Source: Geosiphon pyriformis uo1 (taxonomy: Eukaryota > Fungi > Glomeromycota). From it: DNA of 64,000 nt. A program made the position numbers and the translations under genes. Numbering within the stretch: the stretch's first letter is position 1; each line of letters begins with the position of its first letter. The stretch is taken from the NCBI GenBank assembly GCA_016748015.1, contig JAAOMT010000128.1, positions 2,487,538 to 2,551,537 of the forward strand. The letters are read 5' to 3'. Positions 1 to 13,800 of this stretch are shown here, in pieces. Under the pieces are notes generated by a model. That model had not been told where the DNA came from. It saw only the letters and a program-made list of their open reading frames with translations, and made no database searches.

Positions 1-3000
1 AGTTTAAAGAGGATATAATGGCAAATACTACTATGTTTTATGATGAGTTTTTTGCATTTGAGAAGCATTTGAACTTGAATGCAATGTGAAATACACTTTG
101 CAGAGTGGTGTGTCTATTAACTGATACAGTTTTTAAGAGAAAATAGTCCAAGGGCTATGACAGTGTTTTTACAAAGGAGTTGTCTAAGTTTCACAAGCTG
201 AAGCTTTTGGTGTTTAAAATTGTTAAGGCCTCTTATTTGGTTTTTAGTAAGAAGTTTGCATTTTTGCTTGTTAAGTGGCACAGTTTGAATGTAGTCAATG
301 TTTTTGTGGTGAAGTCTCTCTTTTTTTCAGGTTCTTATTTTAACACTATTTGTTCAGTTTTGGCTAAGATTAGAAGTTTTATCATTCTTCTAAGATATTA
401 AAATTAGAGTATGCTAGAGTTTTTTAAATCAGATTGTCAATCAATAAGAGGATGGAAAACTTTGAATTAAACAAGGGTCATATTATTAGGAGTATATTAA
501 AGCACTCTTTTTGCAAGATTATTTTGGATTATCTGATTGTTAATGGCAAATTGGTTCTAGATTCTGATCTGGTTAAGGCCAAGGTGAATGTAATTATAAA
601 GGGGTAGATTAGAAAGCATGTAGTGGTAACTGATGTATTTGATGACTGGTGTTACTAATATTAACCTTTGGAGTACATTTTTGATAATGCTTTTTCTGGT
701 GTGATGTGTCTGATTGGTTTTGATGAGATTCTTGGTGTGATTTTGAATCTGCTTGATGAAAAAACAGCTGGTCTCTTTGGCATCTCAAATGAATTATGAA
801 AACATTGTGACAAGTCAGTTTTGGATATGTTTTTGGTGCTTCTGAATTTTTGTTTATGTTGTGAGTCTGTTCCTAAGTCTTAGAGGGAAACTTGGGTGTT
901 AATAATCCTCAAACTATATGAGTGAAAAAGAGTTCTTACAAATATCTGTCTGATTGCTTTGATTGAAACAGTTTGCAAGATTTTTTCTAAAATACTTTCA
1001 GACAGAATTTTTTCAGCATGCAGTGTTTTTGATGTTTTTAAGAGGGATAATTTTTCTGTTTTAAAAGACACAATGATGTAATTTCCTATTTTTGCAATTG
1101 GTTTGGTTATTAAAGATGCCTTAAAGAAGGACCATAAACTATAACTTGTCTTACAGAACATGCGGAAGGCTTATAACTATGTTGGATGGAAGCATCTTAG
1201 AAAGAGCTTGGTTAGGATAAAGATATGTGATAAATTTATTCAATTTTTTGGCAGTATTTACAACAATTAGGTTAACAGAGTTATGACTAATTTTGGATTG
1301 ACAAGTGATTACCAGGTGCATAATGGTTTGAACCAAGGGAAGATATTCTCATCTTTTCTTTGGCACATATTTTATGATCCTCTGTTGTGTAAAGTCAAGA
1401 AACAGAAAAGTGTGTGTGGATACAGGTTGAATTTGCACTTTATTGCCAGAACTGATCACTCAAAATTTTAAGCTGGTTTGACATCTTTTCTTGCTGCTGG
1501 TGTATTTGTCGATAATACAATTTGGGTTGGTAGTAACCAAACTGCTACTCAACATATTCTCAACATTGCTTGTAAATTTTTTTGGCTCAATAATATTTCA
1601 ATCAACAATAACAAGACTGTGGCCATTTTCATTAATTGTAAAGTTATACACTCTTCCTTATTAATTAGTGGCCTGCCTATTTCTATTGCTAAAAAAGGGG
1701 AGTCTCATTAGTACTTGGATATCTTTCTGTTTACTAAAGGCTTGTCAAAGCCCAGCTTGGTTAAAACTTATATGAATGTTTGTTTTTTTGCCAATTTTGT
1801 GTTGAAAAAAACTATCTTTAATAAACAGTTCTCATATTTGGTGTCAATAGTTTTTTTCTCAATTGTCAGCTATAGATCTCAATTCAGTTTTGTTTCTGTT
1901 AGTGTGTTGAATAAGTGAGACATTTTGATTCACAAGGGCTTAAAGTCTAAATCTGGTTTTTTGTGTGACTTTTCCAATAATGCACTTCATTATCTCTTAT
2001 TGTATAATTTAAAGACTTTTGAACAGATTCAAGTTGAGAGCAAGTTTGTTTCTATTATTTGGTTTTCGAATTTGGTTGGCATTCTGGGTTGCCTGTTTGT
2101 GCATAGATTATATAATCTGCAAGTGCTTAACTGGAATCCTTGTCATCCTTTGCTTTTTCTATCTTGTGTCAATGTTGACTCATTGAATAATTTTTTGGCT
2201 GGTGTAGTCTGCATCTTTTTGGAATGTAATCTGTCTCTGAGTGATCTTGTAACTAATGCTTTTTGTTTTCAGAGTGGTATTCTTTTGTTTCTTGTTTTCA
2301 GTAGTCTTAAGTTTTTCAAATATGTCTTTTTGCTTTAGCAGTATAAAATTGCTTTTGCTGAGCAGCTTTGCAATTGTGCTGGTGCAGTTTTTGATTAGAG
2401 AATGTTTAAGCAGTAAAAGAGATTAGACTTGTATGGCCCAATCCTTGATTGGTTCGAGCTTTCTGTTCATTTTCTTAATGGTGCTCCTTCTTCTTTTATT
2501 TGTTCACTTCTTTTAGTAAGCATTAATTTGTCAGATATTCTTAAGTCCCATAAATTTGGAGTTATTTGTGACTATTTGTTGAGTGTTAATGCTGGTTGTC
2601 TTTTTGTTTATATAGATAGTTCTCTTAGCAGTTTGGAAACTTCAGACATGAAGACTGGTGTGGCAGTTTTTTTTGAGGATATTGGTTTGGGTTTAGATGT
2701 TGAAATTTCTGGGTTGGTGTTTTTCACTATGGCCAAGCTACAAGCTGTTACTTTGATACTTAAGTGTGTTCTTTTTTCTGATTCAGTTCAAATTTTCTCA
2801 GACAGTTAGTCTGCTCTGGATGCATGTAAATCGGAGTTGGGCTTGTTGTGTCCTAATTTCTAGAATTAATGTTGGATTAAGCATTGTCATATTATGGGTG
2901 TCATTTGTGAAAAAAATTTGAAGGTTAGTTGGCATAAAATTAAGAGTTATTTGGGAATCTTGGGCAATAAGTGTGCTGATGCTTTCATAAAAACTGCTTG

Positions 3001-4025
3001 CTTTTCTAATTGGTATCTTCCTTATCATATTGCCAATTGTTATACCAGGACTGGTAGTGGTATTGTTTCTGCTAATTCTAGACATTTTGTTTGAGATATA
3101 TTTTGGTTTGTCCATCAAACATGCTAGGAGGTTGGCTCTGGTTCTCGAGTTTTGGTGAACACTCTATATGTTGACATTAATTGGTTTAAGTTGTTCTTAG
3201 TGTGGCATCCTGATTTGTATTTGGTCTCTGGTTTTACTAGTAAGAGTACTGCTAAAGCTTGTACTTACTTTATAAAGGCTTTGTATTACTAGCTTCCTGT
3301 TGCTGTTTGTAAGTGTTTGTATGCCAAGACTTATCTAAGTATGATATGTTTGTTTTGTGGAAATATTAAGATCTCAGACCACACTTTCTTCTGCTCATTT
3401 AATTCTAATGTTTGTGTTCAGTTGCTAGACACCTATGCAGCTAATTGGAAGGTGATTTTTGGTCTGTCTTACTCAGTTTTGTGTGTGTCACAGTGTTTGA
3501 GTTCCTGTTTTTCCAATGTTGCCATGTGTGTGACTTTGAGCAATGGGTTTATCTTTAATAATTAGTATCAGAAGTTCTTTTCTATTTTTAAAGATTTTAA
3601 AATTGCAGATCAGATGGTTTTAGACTTTATGTGCAGATTTAGCCTTGTATTTAGAAAGGAGGTTTGGTTGGCTTGTGCTAAACACTGAGCATTTATGAAG
3701 AAGAATGGACTAATTCTATATAATAGATCTGTTTTAGTCTTGGTGTTTGGGCTTTTTTCAGTGTTTTCTATTGATGTAGTTAAATTGTTGGATATTGCTA
3801 ATGCCATTAATGTTAGTTTTGGTTTTTGTAATTCTTGTCAGTTTTTTTTGGATTTAGATAGTATAGTTTCAGTTTGTATAGATACATAGTATTGTCTTGA
3901 TTAGTTTGAATGGCTGGTTATATGTGAAAAATACATAATTCATATCTAGTTTAGATTACTGAGTTGATGTATTGTACTAGGTAATGTTTAAACCTTACTT
4001 GTTAAATAAAAAATAAAAAAAAAAT
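1..4025 (+). mobile_element. Decayed non-LTR retrotransposon (LINE-a), 3' part of ORF2 (RT, RNase H, C-terminal Cys/His motif) plus 3' UTR and A-rich tail; 5' part lies outside the window
   Basis: Fragmented ORFs give LQNMRKAYNYVGW (RT domain 3, ~1150), GLNQGKIFS, AGVFVDNTIW (catalytic motif decayed from FVDD), VYIDSS...AKLQAV...FSDS...WHKIKSYLGILGNKCAD (RNase H) and CLFCGNIKISDHTFFC. Ends in an A-tract at ~4004-4025. Colinear with the LINE at 10699-26720. Confidence 0.9.
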
Positions 4026-4130
4026 AATTATATTTTAATTATAAAAAAAATTAATAAAATAAATAAATTATGTAATATAGTTAATAAATATTTATTTATT
4101 TAAATCATAANNNNNNNNNNNNNNNNNNNN

Positions 4131-6096
4131 ATCCTTTGCTTTTTCTATCTTGTGTCAATGTTGACTCATTGAATAATTTTTTGGCTGGTGTAGTCTGCAT
4201 CTTTTTGGAATGTAATCTGTCTCTGAGTGATCTTGTAACTAATGCTTTTTGTTTTCAGAGTGGTATTCTTTTGTTTCTTGTTTTCAGTAGTCTTAAGTTT
4301 TTCAAATATGTCTTTTTGCTTTAGCAGTATAAAATTGCTTTTGCTGAGCAGCTTTGCAATTGTGCTGGTGCAGTTTTTGATTAGAGAATGTTTAAGCAGT
4401 AAAAGAGATTAGACTTGTATGGCCCAATCCTTGATTGGTTCGAGCTTTCTGTTCATTTTCTTAATGGTGCTCCTTCTTCTTTTATTTGTTCACTTCTTTT
4501 AGTAAGCATTAATTTGTCAGATATTCTTAAGTCCCATAAATTTGGAGTTATTTGTGACTATTTGTTGAGTGTTAATGCTGGTTGTCTTTTTGTTTATATA
4601 GATAGTTCTCTTAGCAGTTTGGAAACTTCAGACATGAAGACTGGTGTGGCAGTTTTTTTTGAGGATATTGGTTTGGGTTTAGATGTTGAAATTTCTGGGT
4701 TGGTGTTTTTCACTATGGCCAAGCTACAAGCTGTTACTTTGATACTTAAGTGTGTTCTTTTTTCTGATTCAGTTCAAATTTTCTCAGACAGTTAGTCTGC
4801 TCTGGATGCATGTAAATCGGAGTTGGGCTTGTTGTGTCCTAATTTCTAGAATTAATGTTGGATTAAGCATTGTCATATTATGGGTGTCATTTGTGAAAAA
4901 AATTTGAAGGTTAGTTGGCATAAAATTAAGAGTTATTTGGGAATCTTGGGCAATAAGTGTGCTGATGCTTTCATAAAAACTGCTTGCTTTTCTAATTGGT
5001 ATCTTCCTTATCATATTGCCAATTGTTATACCAGGACTGGTAGTGGTATTGTTTCTGCTAATTCTAGACATTTTGTTTGAGATATATTTTGGTTTGTCCA
5101 TCAAACATGCTAGGAGGTTGGCTCTGGTTCTCGAGTTTTGGTGAACACTCTATATGTTGACATTAATTGGTTTAAGTTGTTCTTAGTGTGGCATCCTGAT
5201 TTGTATTTGGTCTCTGGTTTTACTAGTAAGAGTACTGCTAAAGCTTGTACTTACTTTATAAAGGCTTTGTATTACTAGCTTCCTGTTGCTGTTTGTAAGT
5301 GTTTGTATGCCAAGACTTATCTAAGTATGATATGTTTGTTTTGTGGAAATATTAAGATCTCAGACCACACTTTCTTCTGCTCATTTAATTCTAATGTTTG
5401 TGTTCAGTTGCTAGACACCTATGCAGCTAATTGGAAGGTGATTTTTGGTCTGTCTTACTCAGTTTTGTGTGTGTCACAGTGTTTGAGTTCCTGTTTTTCC
5501 AATGTTGCCATGTGTGTGACTTTGAGCAATGGGTTTATCTTTAATAATTAGTATCAGAAGTTCTTTTCTATTTTTAAAGATTTTAAAATTGCAGATCAGA
5601 TGGTTTTAGACTTTATGTGCAGATTTAGCCTTGTATTTAGAAAGGAGGTTTGGTTGGCTTGTGCTAAACACTGAGCATTTATGAAGAAGAATGGACTAAT
5701 TCTATATAATAGATCTGTTTTAGTCTTGGTGTTTGGGCTTTTTTCAGTGTTTTCTATTGATGTAGTTAAATTGTTGGATATTGCTAATGCCATTAATGTT
5801 AGTTTTGGTTTTTGTAATTCTTGTCAGTTTTTTTTGGATTTAGATAGTATAGTTTCAGTTTGTATAGATACATAGTATTGTCTTGATTAGTTTGAATGGC
5901 TGGTTATATGTGAAAAATACATAATTCATATCTAGTTTAGATTACTGAGTTGATGTATTGTACTAGGTAATGTTTAAACCTTACTTGTTAAATAAAAAAT
6001 AAAAAAAAAATAATTATATTTTAATTATAAAAAAAATTAATAAAATAAATAAATTATGTAATATAGTTAATAAATATTTATTTATTTAAATCATAA
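4131..6096 (+). other. Apparently exact copy of 2145-4110 across an N gap (probable scaffolding overlap artefact)
   Basis: Offset 1986 bp. ORF translations are identical (2429/4415, 3317/5303, 3695/5681). The first copy ends exactly at the 20-N gap (4111-4130). Confidence 0.85.
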
Positions 6097-7066
6097 CTTT
6101 TTAAAAATTTTAAACTTTTATTATTAAGTTTAATATAAATAATAATAAATAAATAAGTAAAATAATTAAAAATAATTGTATTTTAATTGTTTTTATGTAT
6201 TAAATATTTTTAAAATAAGTTTTTTTTATTAAATTTAATATAATTTAATTTTAACTAGATTTATATATTTAATATAAAAATACACAAATTATATCACATA
6301 TATAATAATTATTTTTTTATATTTAAATACATAAAAAGCTTTTAAATACTATTTATAAAATACAAAGCTTTTAACAAAGACTATATATAAATAATTATTA
6401 TAAGACATTTTTTTTAAATAATTGTTAAATACCAAAAAATACAAGTTTTATAAAATTTTAACTTGCTTAACAACAAATTTATTCATTTTGTTTAAGTAAA
6501 TTTCAAGTTTATTAAATGCCAATTCTATTTTTAATATTAGTAATATACATAAAAACATAGTTTAAATATTTTATAAAATTATATTTAAAACAAACTATAT
6601 TAAAATAACTAATATTATAATTTTTTTTATATAGCTACAGATAATCTATTATATAAAGTTTTTATTATACAAGATTTTAAACTAGTTAATTTAATGCTAA
6701 TAAAATCAGTTTTAAAATAAAAGTTTAAATATTATATTAGAATAATACAATCTTAATTAATATTATACAGCAAATTTTTAATTAAAAGTTAATAAATATA
6801 TTTAACTTTTTACTTAATATAAGTAGTAATATTATACACATAATAAAAATTGTCAAGCCAAATTTATTTTTTAAAAAAGTTTTTAAAAAAGTTTTTAAAA
6901 TTATTATAAATGCCTGATTATATATATATATTACATATTTATTATAAATAAATATACAATTTAATATCAAATTTATAATTATTATTTCAACAAAAATTAA
7001 AACTATAGCTTTTTAAACTTTAATATTAGTTTTAAAAATTTAAGTTAATAAAATATATTGCTATAT

Positions 7067-9790
7067 TGTTATAAGTTAAAATAACAAATTAGCAGATAAC
7101 AAAATAGAACAGAATTATATAGTAATAAAAATAAAAATAAAAATTAACTTTAAAAAATGAATTAAATTAGTATAGATTTAATATATTAGATTAATTTTAT
7201 AAATATCTTAGTTATCATTCTTTTTAAAAGATAACAAAAAATTTAAAAATAAAAAAATAGTCTATATTGTCAATAAAAAATAATATATTAGTATAATTTT
7301 ATGTTTTATATTAGCACTTTTAGAATTTAATATCAAGTATTAATTGTATTCTTTAGTAATATTTATTCAATAATCTTCAAAATTAACAATTATAAGTAAA
7401 TACCAATAAATAATTTTTTATCACAAAAATATTTAGATACTTGAAAAAAATTATGAAAAAAAAATAAATAAATTGAAAAAAATTAAATATTTAGAAATAA
7501 TTTTTATTATTTTAATTTGTATATGTCTTATATGTTTAAACATATTTTTTTAAAGCTAAAAAACATATTGTTTATATAGCTATTTAAAATGATTAATAAT
7601 TAGATCAATAATCAGATCAATAATTAAATCAATAACCAGATTATTGGTTAAATTAATAATTAGATTATTAATCAAATTATTGATTATTTTCTAAAAATAG
7701 AATGACTAACTATATAATATTAATAGTATTATTTAAGTAAAAAACTAATTAGAAACTGTGATAAAAAATATGATTACTATATAAAAACACAAAATAATAT
7801 AGAATAATGTAAAATAATACAAAATAACATAAAATAACACAAAATAATATAAAAAAGCACAAAATAACTAATAATAGCATATAATAATTAATTATAACAT
7901 AAAAAAATAAAACAATAACTAAAATAATAAGCAATAATTAATAATAATAAAAAAATAAAACAATAACTAAAATAATAAGCAATAATTAATAATAATAAAT
8001 AAATAAAAACAATTTTATAGAATTAAAAAATAGATATAAAAACAAGTAGTTTTAGTAAACAAAAAAAAACAAGATAAAAAAAATCAATTTTTTTCTAATA
8101 TTTTATTTTAATTTGATAAATCTTTATTTTATTTTTCTTTCTATTTTTTAATTAATCTAATAAAATATTATTATTTAATCTATAAATATATAATTTCAAA
8201 ATTCTGATTGTTAAAATCTATTAATTGTTTTTTTATCTTTATTTTAAGCCAAATACTATTAGCATAAATGCTTTTAAAACTTTAATAATTGGACTAATTG
8301 CTATTAATTATAATAATTAATAAAATACTAATTTTTTTTTATTTTTTATTTTTTTTTACTTTTATTTATTGTAAAATAACAATATTAGAAATTTATTATT
8401 TAAAAATAAACTTTATAATAGTTTATATTACTTATATAATAATAGAAAAAATAATAAATAAATAAATAATCAAGTAGAAATAAGTATAATAAAAAAAAAT
8501 TCCAGAATTTTTTTTAATTAAAATTTTAAAATTCTAAAATTCCAATAATCTTCTTAATAGAAATCACAAAATTTAAAATTTCAAAAATCTTATATAATAA
8601 AAATTATGTATATATAACAGAAAAATTACAAAAAAAACAAATAAAAATCAAAGATAAAAAAAATCATTTTTTTTTTACTTTAAAAGTTAATTTGTTATTA
8701 CTTAAAATAGAATTATCTACTTATTAATAAAATCATTAATTACTATTTAATTTAGATTATCTTTATTACTTAATTAAAATACTTATTATTTGTTATATTA
8801 ACAATTCATGTAAATAATATTCAATATTTAAAATTATTAAAATAATAGCTTTTAATCATAATTATTAACAAAATACTAATTTTTAAATTTTTAAATTTTT
8901 ATTTTTTGTATTTACTAATTGAAAAAAAAGATTAAGTATTGAACTTTTAATGTTAAAAATAATCTGATAAAAAACTTATAAAATAAGAGTAAACTTAAAA
9001 AATAACTTATTAAACCAGTTATTATACTAAAAAAATTCACAAAAGACAATATCAATTAAATCTTTGTTTATTATACAAAAAACTTAATTCAAATCTTTAA
9101 ATTATAAAAACCTTTAAAAATTAGCATTATAGCTATTAATCTAATACTAAATTATAAGTTTATTATTTAATTTAACTATTCAAAAAACATTTATAACACC
9201 TAGTAAAAAAAAAAAATTTTCTTAAATATTAAATATTAATTTTATCTTGTTAACTTATCAGAAAAGCAAAAAAACAATACTAAACTTTAACAACTACACT
9301 TAATTAACTTAAAAGAAACATAATTATTATAATATTATTACAAAAACAATATTTTTGTGTCTTATAACAAAAAAACTCAATAAATAAAACTTCAAACCAG
9401 AAAAGATCTTTAGAAACTAATAAATTAATTTGTAATCAAAACCAATTTATTCAAAAACTGCTTAGTTTTTATTATCAAATTACAAGCATTAAATATTATT
9501 ATTATATTATACTAAATTTATCTATAATAGTGGTTAATATATATAATAATTAATAAAAATATGGTTTTTAATCATAATATTATTTTTTTTAAAAAAATTG
9601 AACTTCAGTAAAATTAAACTATTTCTAATTAAAAAGTTTTGTTTAACTTAAAACTAACTAATTTAATAAAGTTTTTTGTTAATAAGATATATAATATCTA
9701 AAACAAAATAAGTTTTGTATTTAAAAAACCAAATTTTTATATAAAAGTTTTAACTTTTTTAGTAATAGTCAAAACTCTTAAAATATTGTT
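7067..9790 (-). mobile_element. Highly decayed relic of a family-C Ty3/Gypsy element: 3' LTR (7067-7726 plus 9530-~9578), PPT remnant and tail of extra ORF (~9600-9790)
   Basis: 7067 tgttataagttaaaataacaaattagcag matches 60361 tgttatagattggagtaacaagctaacag. Decayed 12-mer repeat at ~7590-7690. 9620-9790 aligns by eye to 61150-61315. Confidence 0.7.
7727..9529 (+). mobile_element. Decayed solo LTR of family D inserted in the family-C LTR, itself carrying a family-A-like LTR remnant (~8425-9165)
   Basis: Reverse complement of the LTR at 40391-41053/50833-51107 (e.g. 9170-9330 vs 40530-40690). Flanks ATAG/GTGG fit a decayed 4-bp TSD. 8500-8610 resembles the GAATTCCAGG repeats of 15225-15400. 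Confidence 0.55.
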
Positions 9791-10176
9791 ATTCAATATT
9801 ACAAATAAACTTAATGGGATATTATAATAATATTTGGTGCTTTAAATTTGAGTAAAAAAGCTGTAAAATTTTTTTTGATTGCACAGAAAACATATTGAAA
9901 TTTATTAATCTTTGAAAGTTTCTATTATATGTAAATTTATCTATAGAGTTCTTTAGTTATAAGACACAAAAATATATTTTGGCAATTTGTAATTGTGTAT
10001 TTAAGCTAGCTTCTCTAAATTAATTAAATGCAGTTATTAGGATTTAACATTGTTTTTTTGTTTTTCTAGTAAGTTAACAAGATAAAATAATATTTTAATC
10101 TAAAAAAATCTTCTCTTTTTTACCAGATTATTACAAAATTTATTCTTAGATAGTTAATTTTTAATATTATTTTACA

Positions 10177-10194
10177 AAAAAAAAAAAAATCAAG

Positions 10195-10242
<48 letters not shown>
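10177..10242 (+). repeat. Expanded poly(A) tract inside the family-D LTR
   Basis: About 60 nt, nearly pure A, at the position where the other copy (40705-40750) has a mixed A-rich tract. Confidence 0.85.
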
Positions 10243-10248
<6 letters not shown>

Positions 10249-10829
10249 TTAGTCTTATCAATTATTATAATTAAGAATAATTGGTCTAAGTTATTAAGAT
10301 TTTGAAGCTGTTTATATTAATAGTATCTGGTCTGAAATAAAAGTAAGAAAAACAATTAATTTAATTTCAATAACATGAATTTTAGAATTATATATAAATA
10401 GATTGAACAATATTTTATTAAATAATAAATAAAAAAATATAGAAAAAATAAGATAAAAAAGTTTTATTAAATTAAAGATAAGATATATTAAAGAAAATAG
10501 ATTCTTGTTTTTTGTTTTTATTTATTTATTTATTAAAACTATTTGTTTTTATACATATTTTTTAGTTTCATTTAATTGTTTTTAATTGTTTGTTATTATT
10601 AGTTATTGTTTGCTATTTCTGTTATTATTTTGTTTTTTTATATTATAATTAGTTATCTTATATTATAACTAGTTATTTTGTGCTATTTTATATATATATT
10701 TTTTTTATTGGTTTAACGAGTAAAGCCCAATTACTATCTAATACAATACAATTATTTAAAGTTTTAAATTAAATGTAATTCACACTTTTGCTACATGTGA
10801 CTAACCACTCAGCCAATCAAGACTACACT

Positions 10830-13800
10830 ATGTAACTATATTTATCATAACATTGACAGCAGCACCAGTAAAAAACAAACAGCCAATACTTAGACCAAAA
10901 TTGGTCACATGACCTCTCTTAATCCCTAATAAACAAGCAACACTATCTGAAACCTTAGCAGAAAGACCTCAAATGATATCATATAAAGACCACATAATAA
11001 CCCATGATGTTCCATTTCAGCACAAAGTTTAGAGTTAGGCACCCAAATTTGCTCTCTATGGCCAACAATTATATTCTGAACAAACTCGACTAGATTAAAC
11101 ATTGCAAGCTTAGTATTTACAAAAAATGTTTTGGCATCTGTCAACCAATCTTCAAACATGAGATCCTTGCACAAAGTTGTGTAAAAACTACTATTAGAAA
11201 CAGAAGAATCCAAAAACTACAGAACTGTAGATAATAACAGAGTTGCCCCAGTAAGAGATTTCCAAAAAGAGGAGTGCTTACTTAGCAAGCTCTGATGTAC
11301 CAAAAAGTCCAAGCAACAAACAAAATTATGATCTGAAAACTCCATTTCCCCGCAATGTACACATAATACACTAGAATAACTTCGATCATATAAGTGCTTT
11401 CTGACAGTTATAGGCAGTCTTCTGTGTAAAGCTTTCATTAAATATGTGTGCAAACTGGTGGTGGTTCTGCTTGTATATCCTGCAGACATGTGGGAATCAG
11501 GATGCCAGACCAAGACAATACAAACCCAATTTATGTTTCTGATCTGTAAAAAATCCACAATGCTCAAACCAAGTCCAAATTTTCATTAGAAATGTCTAAC
11601 AGTGTTATTTGTTTTTCTAATAAAGTGGTGTGCATTGTCAGAAATCATCTTACTATCTGCCATTAAGAAACTTTCTTTGATATTTGTTGAAGAACAAGCC
11701 TTGATAATGTGATTAGATCAGCCAAACAATTAGCACACTTGTTGCTCAACACACCAAAATGACCCTTTACCTTTGTTTAGGTGATAGAAATGTTTTTATA
11801 TTTAACCAAATTGTTAATATGATGGTGCTTTATTCAGCACCTGTTGCAAAAATCTGGAGCCACCAACCTCAACTTGGCCTAACAAGCATTCAAAGAAGCC
11901 TGGCTGTCAGAGAAAACTGTAACATTTGAGGAAGCCAGAATGCACTTGAGAGCCAGTGCAACAGTCTGCATTTCAGTTAGGATAGATAATAGCAAATCAT
12001 GGATCTCCACACCTATATGCAAACCTAGATCAGAAAAATAGGCAGCCATCCCTCTGACAGCATCAAAAGTACCAAAGTCTTTAACAGAACTATCAGTATA
12101 AACTGATATCATTGACAAAGAAGCATCTTTTAAACTAGAATAAATAAAATCAAAATGGTCCATATTAAAAACATCAAACTTGGAAGAGGACTCAAAAGTG
12201 GAAGAGAAACTATTAACCAAATCACCACTCTTGACAAAATCTGAAACCAGCATGAACCACAAGAGAACTAGGCCTCTGAGATTCAATTGTTTCCAATGTC
12301 AAAAATCCTTCCAATTAAAACATTCTTCATAACTGTTCAACAACTGATCTGCAAAAATAATTCCAAAACATTTTAGTGATCTGCAAATCCAGAGATACAT
12401 TGTCTGGCCCAAAATATTCAAAATGGAAAAGCCTCACTTGAAACAAAAAGCATTGGGCAAACTATTAGCTAAAAAAATTTTGTTATGCAAAAAAATTTTT
12501 GTAACACCAGCCAGAAAATTGTTTATCAAATTGATCATCAACTTAACAGAAAATTGAAGAGGGTTTTGAGGAACCCAGCCCAAAACCTACAAGTCTATTA
12601 ACCTATGCCCAAATAGTTGACTCATTAATCTGCTATTATTAGCAAACTGCAGCACCGATGAGACTTTTGCTTCTGTCTAAACTTGTTTAAAGGACTTTAA
12701 GTTGTAAAAAGAAAGATGGTGTACTGTCTTATTAGGAAAGTCATTAGGCAAACTGGCCTTAGACTTTAACTCCTTTCTAATTATACAGTCTCATTTCTCA
12801 TATGTGCTTTTACTAACAAAGTTAAATTGAGTTCTATATTCTACTATGGGCTGTAAAACAGCTGATACCAAATAAGAAAATTGCTTGTCTGTAATGGCTT
12901 TGTACAAAACCATGGATAAGAAAAACTTGATATCTGAGTTTATCTTCTTTAAACTTGGACCAGAAAGATCTTTAGTTGACAGAAAGATACCTAGATACTG
13001 ATAAACTTTACCAGCCTTTGTGATAGAAATTGGAGATCTGCTTACTTTTAAAAAGGTATTGCTGGTCCTTGGGTTAATAAGAATAGCAACTGTCTTCTCT
13101 GTATTAATCGATATATCTATTAATTCAAAGAACTTACTAGCAATGTTCAAAATATTTTGTGTTGTTGTACAACAATTGCCAATTCAAATGGTGTCATCCA
13201 CAAAAGCACCAGCAGCCAAATAAAAAGTCAAACCAGCATTTGACTCAATTCTGTCTATTCTGGCCATGAATTTGGAATCAACCCAATATCTGAAAAATGA
13301 CTCATGTTTCTTCACTTTACACAACAGAAGATCATAAAAAATTCTTCACAAAAGAGGAGAAAAAACTTCTTCCTGGTCCAGACCATCGTGGATTTTGTAA
13401 CACTTGGACAAACCAAAATCCATCATAACTCTATTTGTGTGGCCATTGTGAATACCACCAAAAAACCTGACAAACTTCTTACATATTTTGATTCTTCTTA
13501 AACTATTCTTCAAATGCAACCAGCCTACTGAATCATAAGCTTTGCACATATCCTGAAGTACCAACCAGAGTTTTTTGCCCTTTTCCAAAGCATCTTCTAC
13601 TACAGGTCTTACAACAAAAATAGGGGACCAAGTGGAAGTGCCTTTCAACACCAAAAAATTGTTTTCATGCAGAACATTGTGTATACTGCAGGCTTTCAAA
13701 ATGCGATCAGATAGAATCTTTAAAAGAATTTTTCTAGAGGTTTCAATAAGAGCAATAGGTCTAGTGTTTGTTAAGACTTTTTCCCACTCATAAGGTTTCA

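Noticed and set aside
2145-6096. 2-kb tandem duplication of the LINE 3' end
   Set aside because: Copies appear identical despite heavy decay and abut a 20-N gap; most likely an unmerged contig overlap.
6782-7934. Short hydrophobic ORFs in AT-rich DNA (6782-6970, 7749-7934; likewise 27932, 40359, 51602)
   Set aside because: Low-complexity I/L/F/Y/K translations of decayed LTR or TE sequence; not genes.
10177-10242. Poly(A) tail of a retrocopy
   Set aside because: Lies at the position of the A-rich tract of the family-D LTR, with LTR sequence continuing on both sides.
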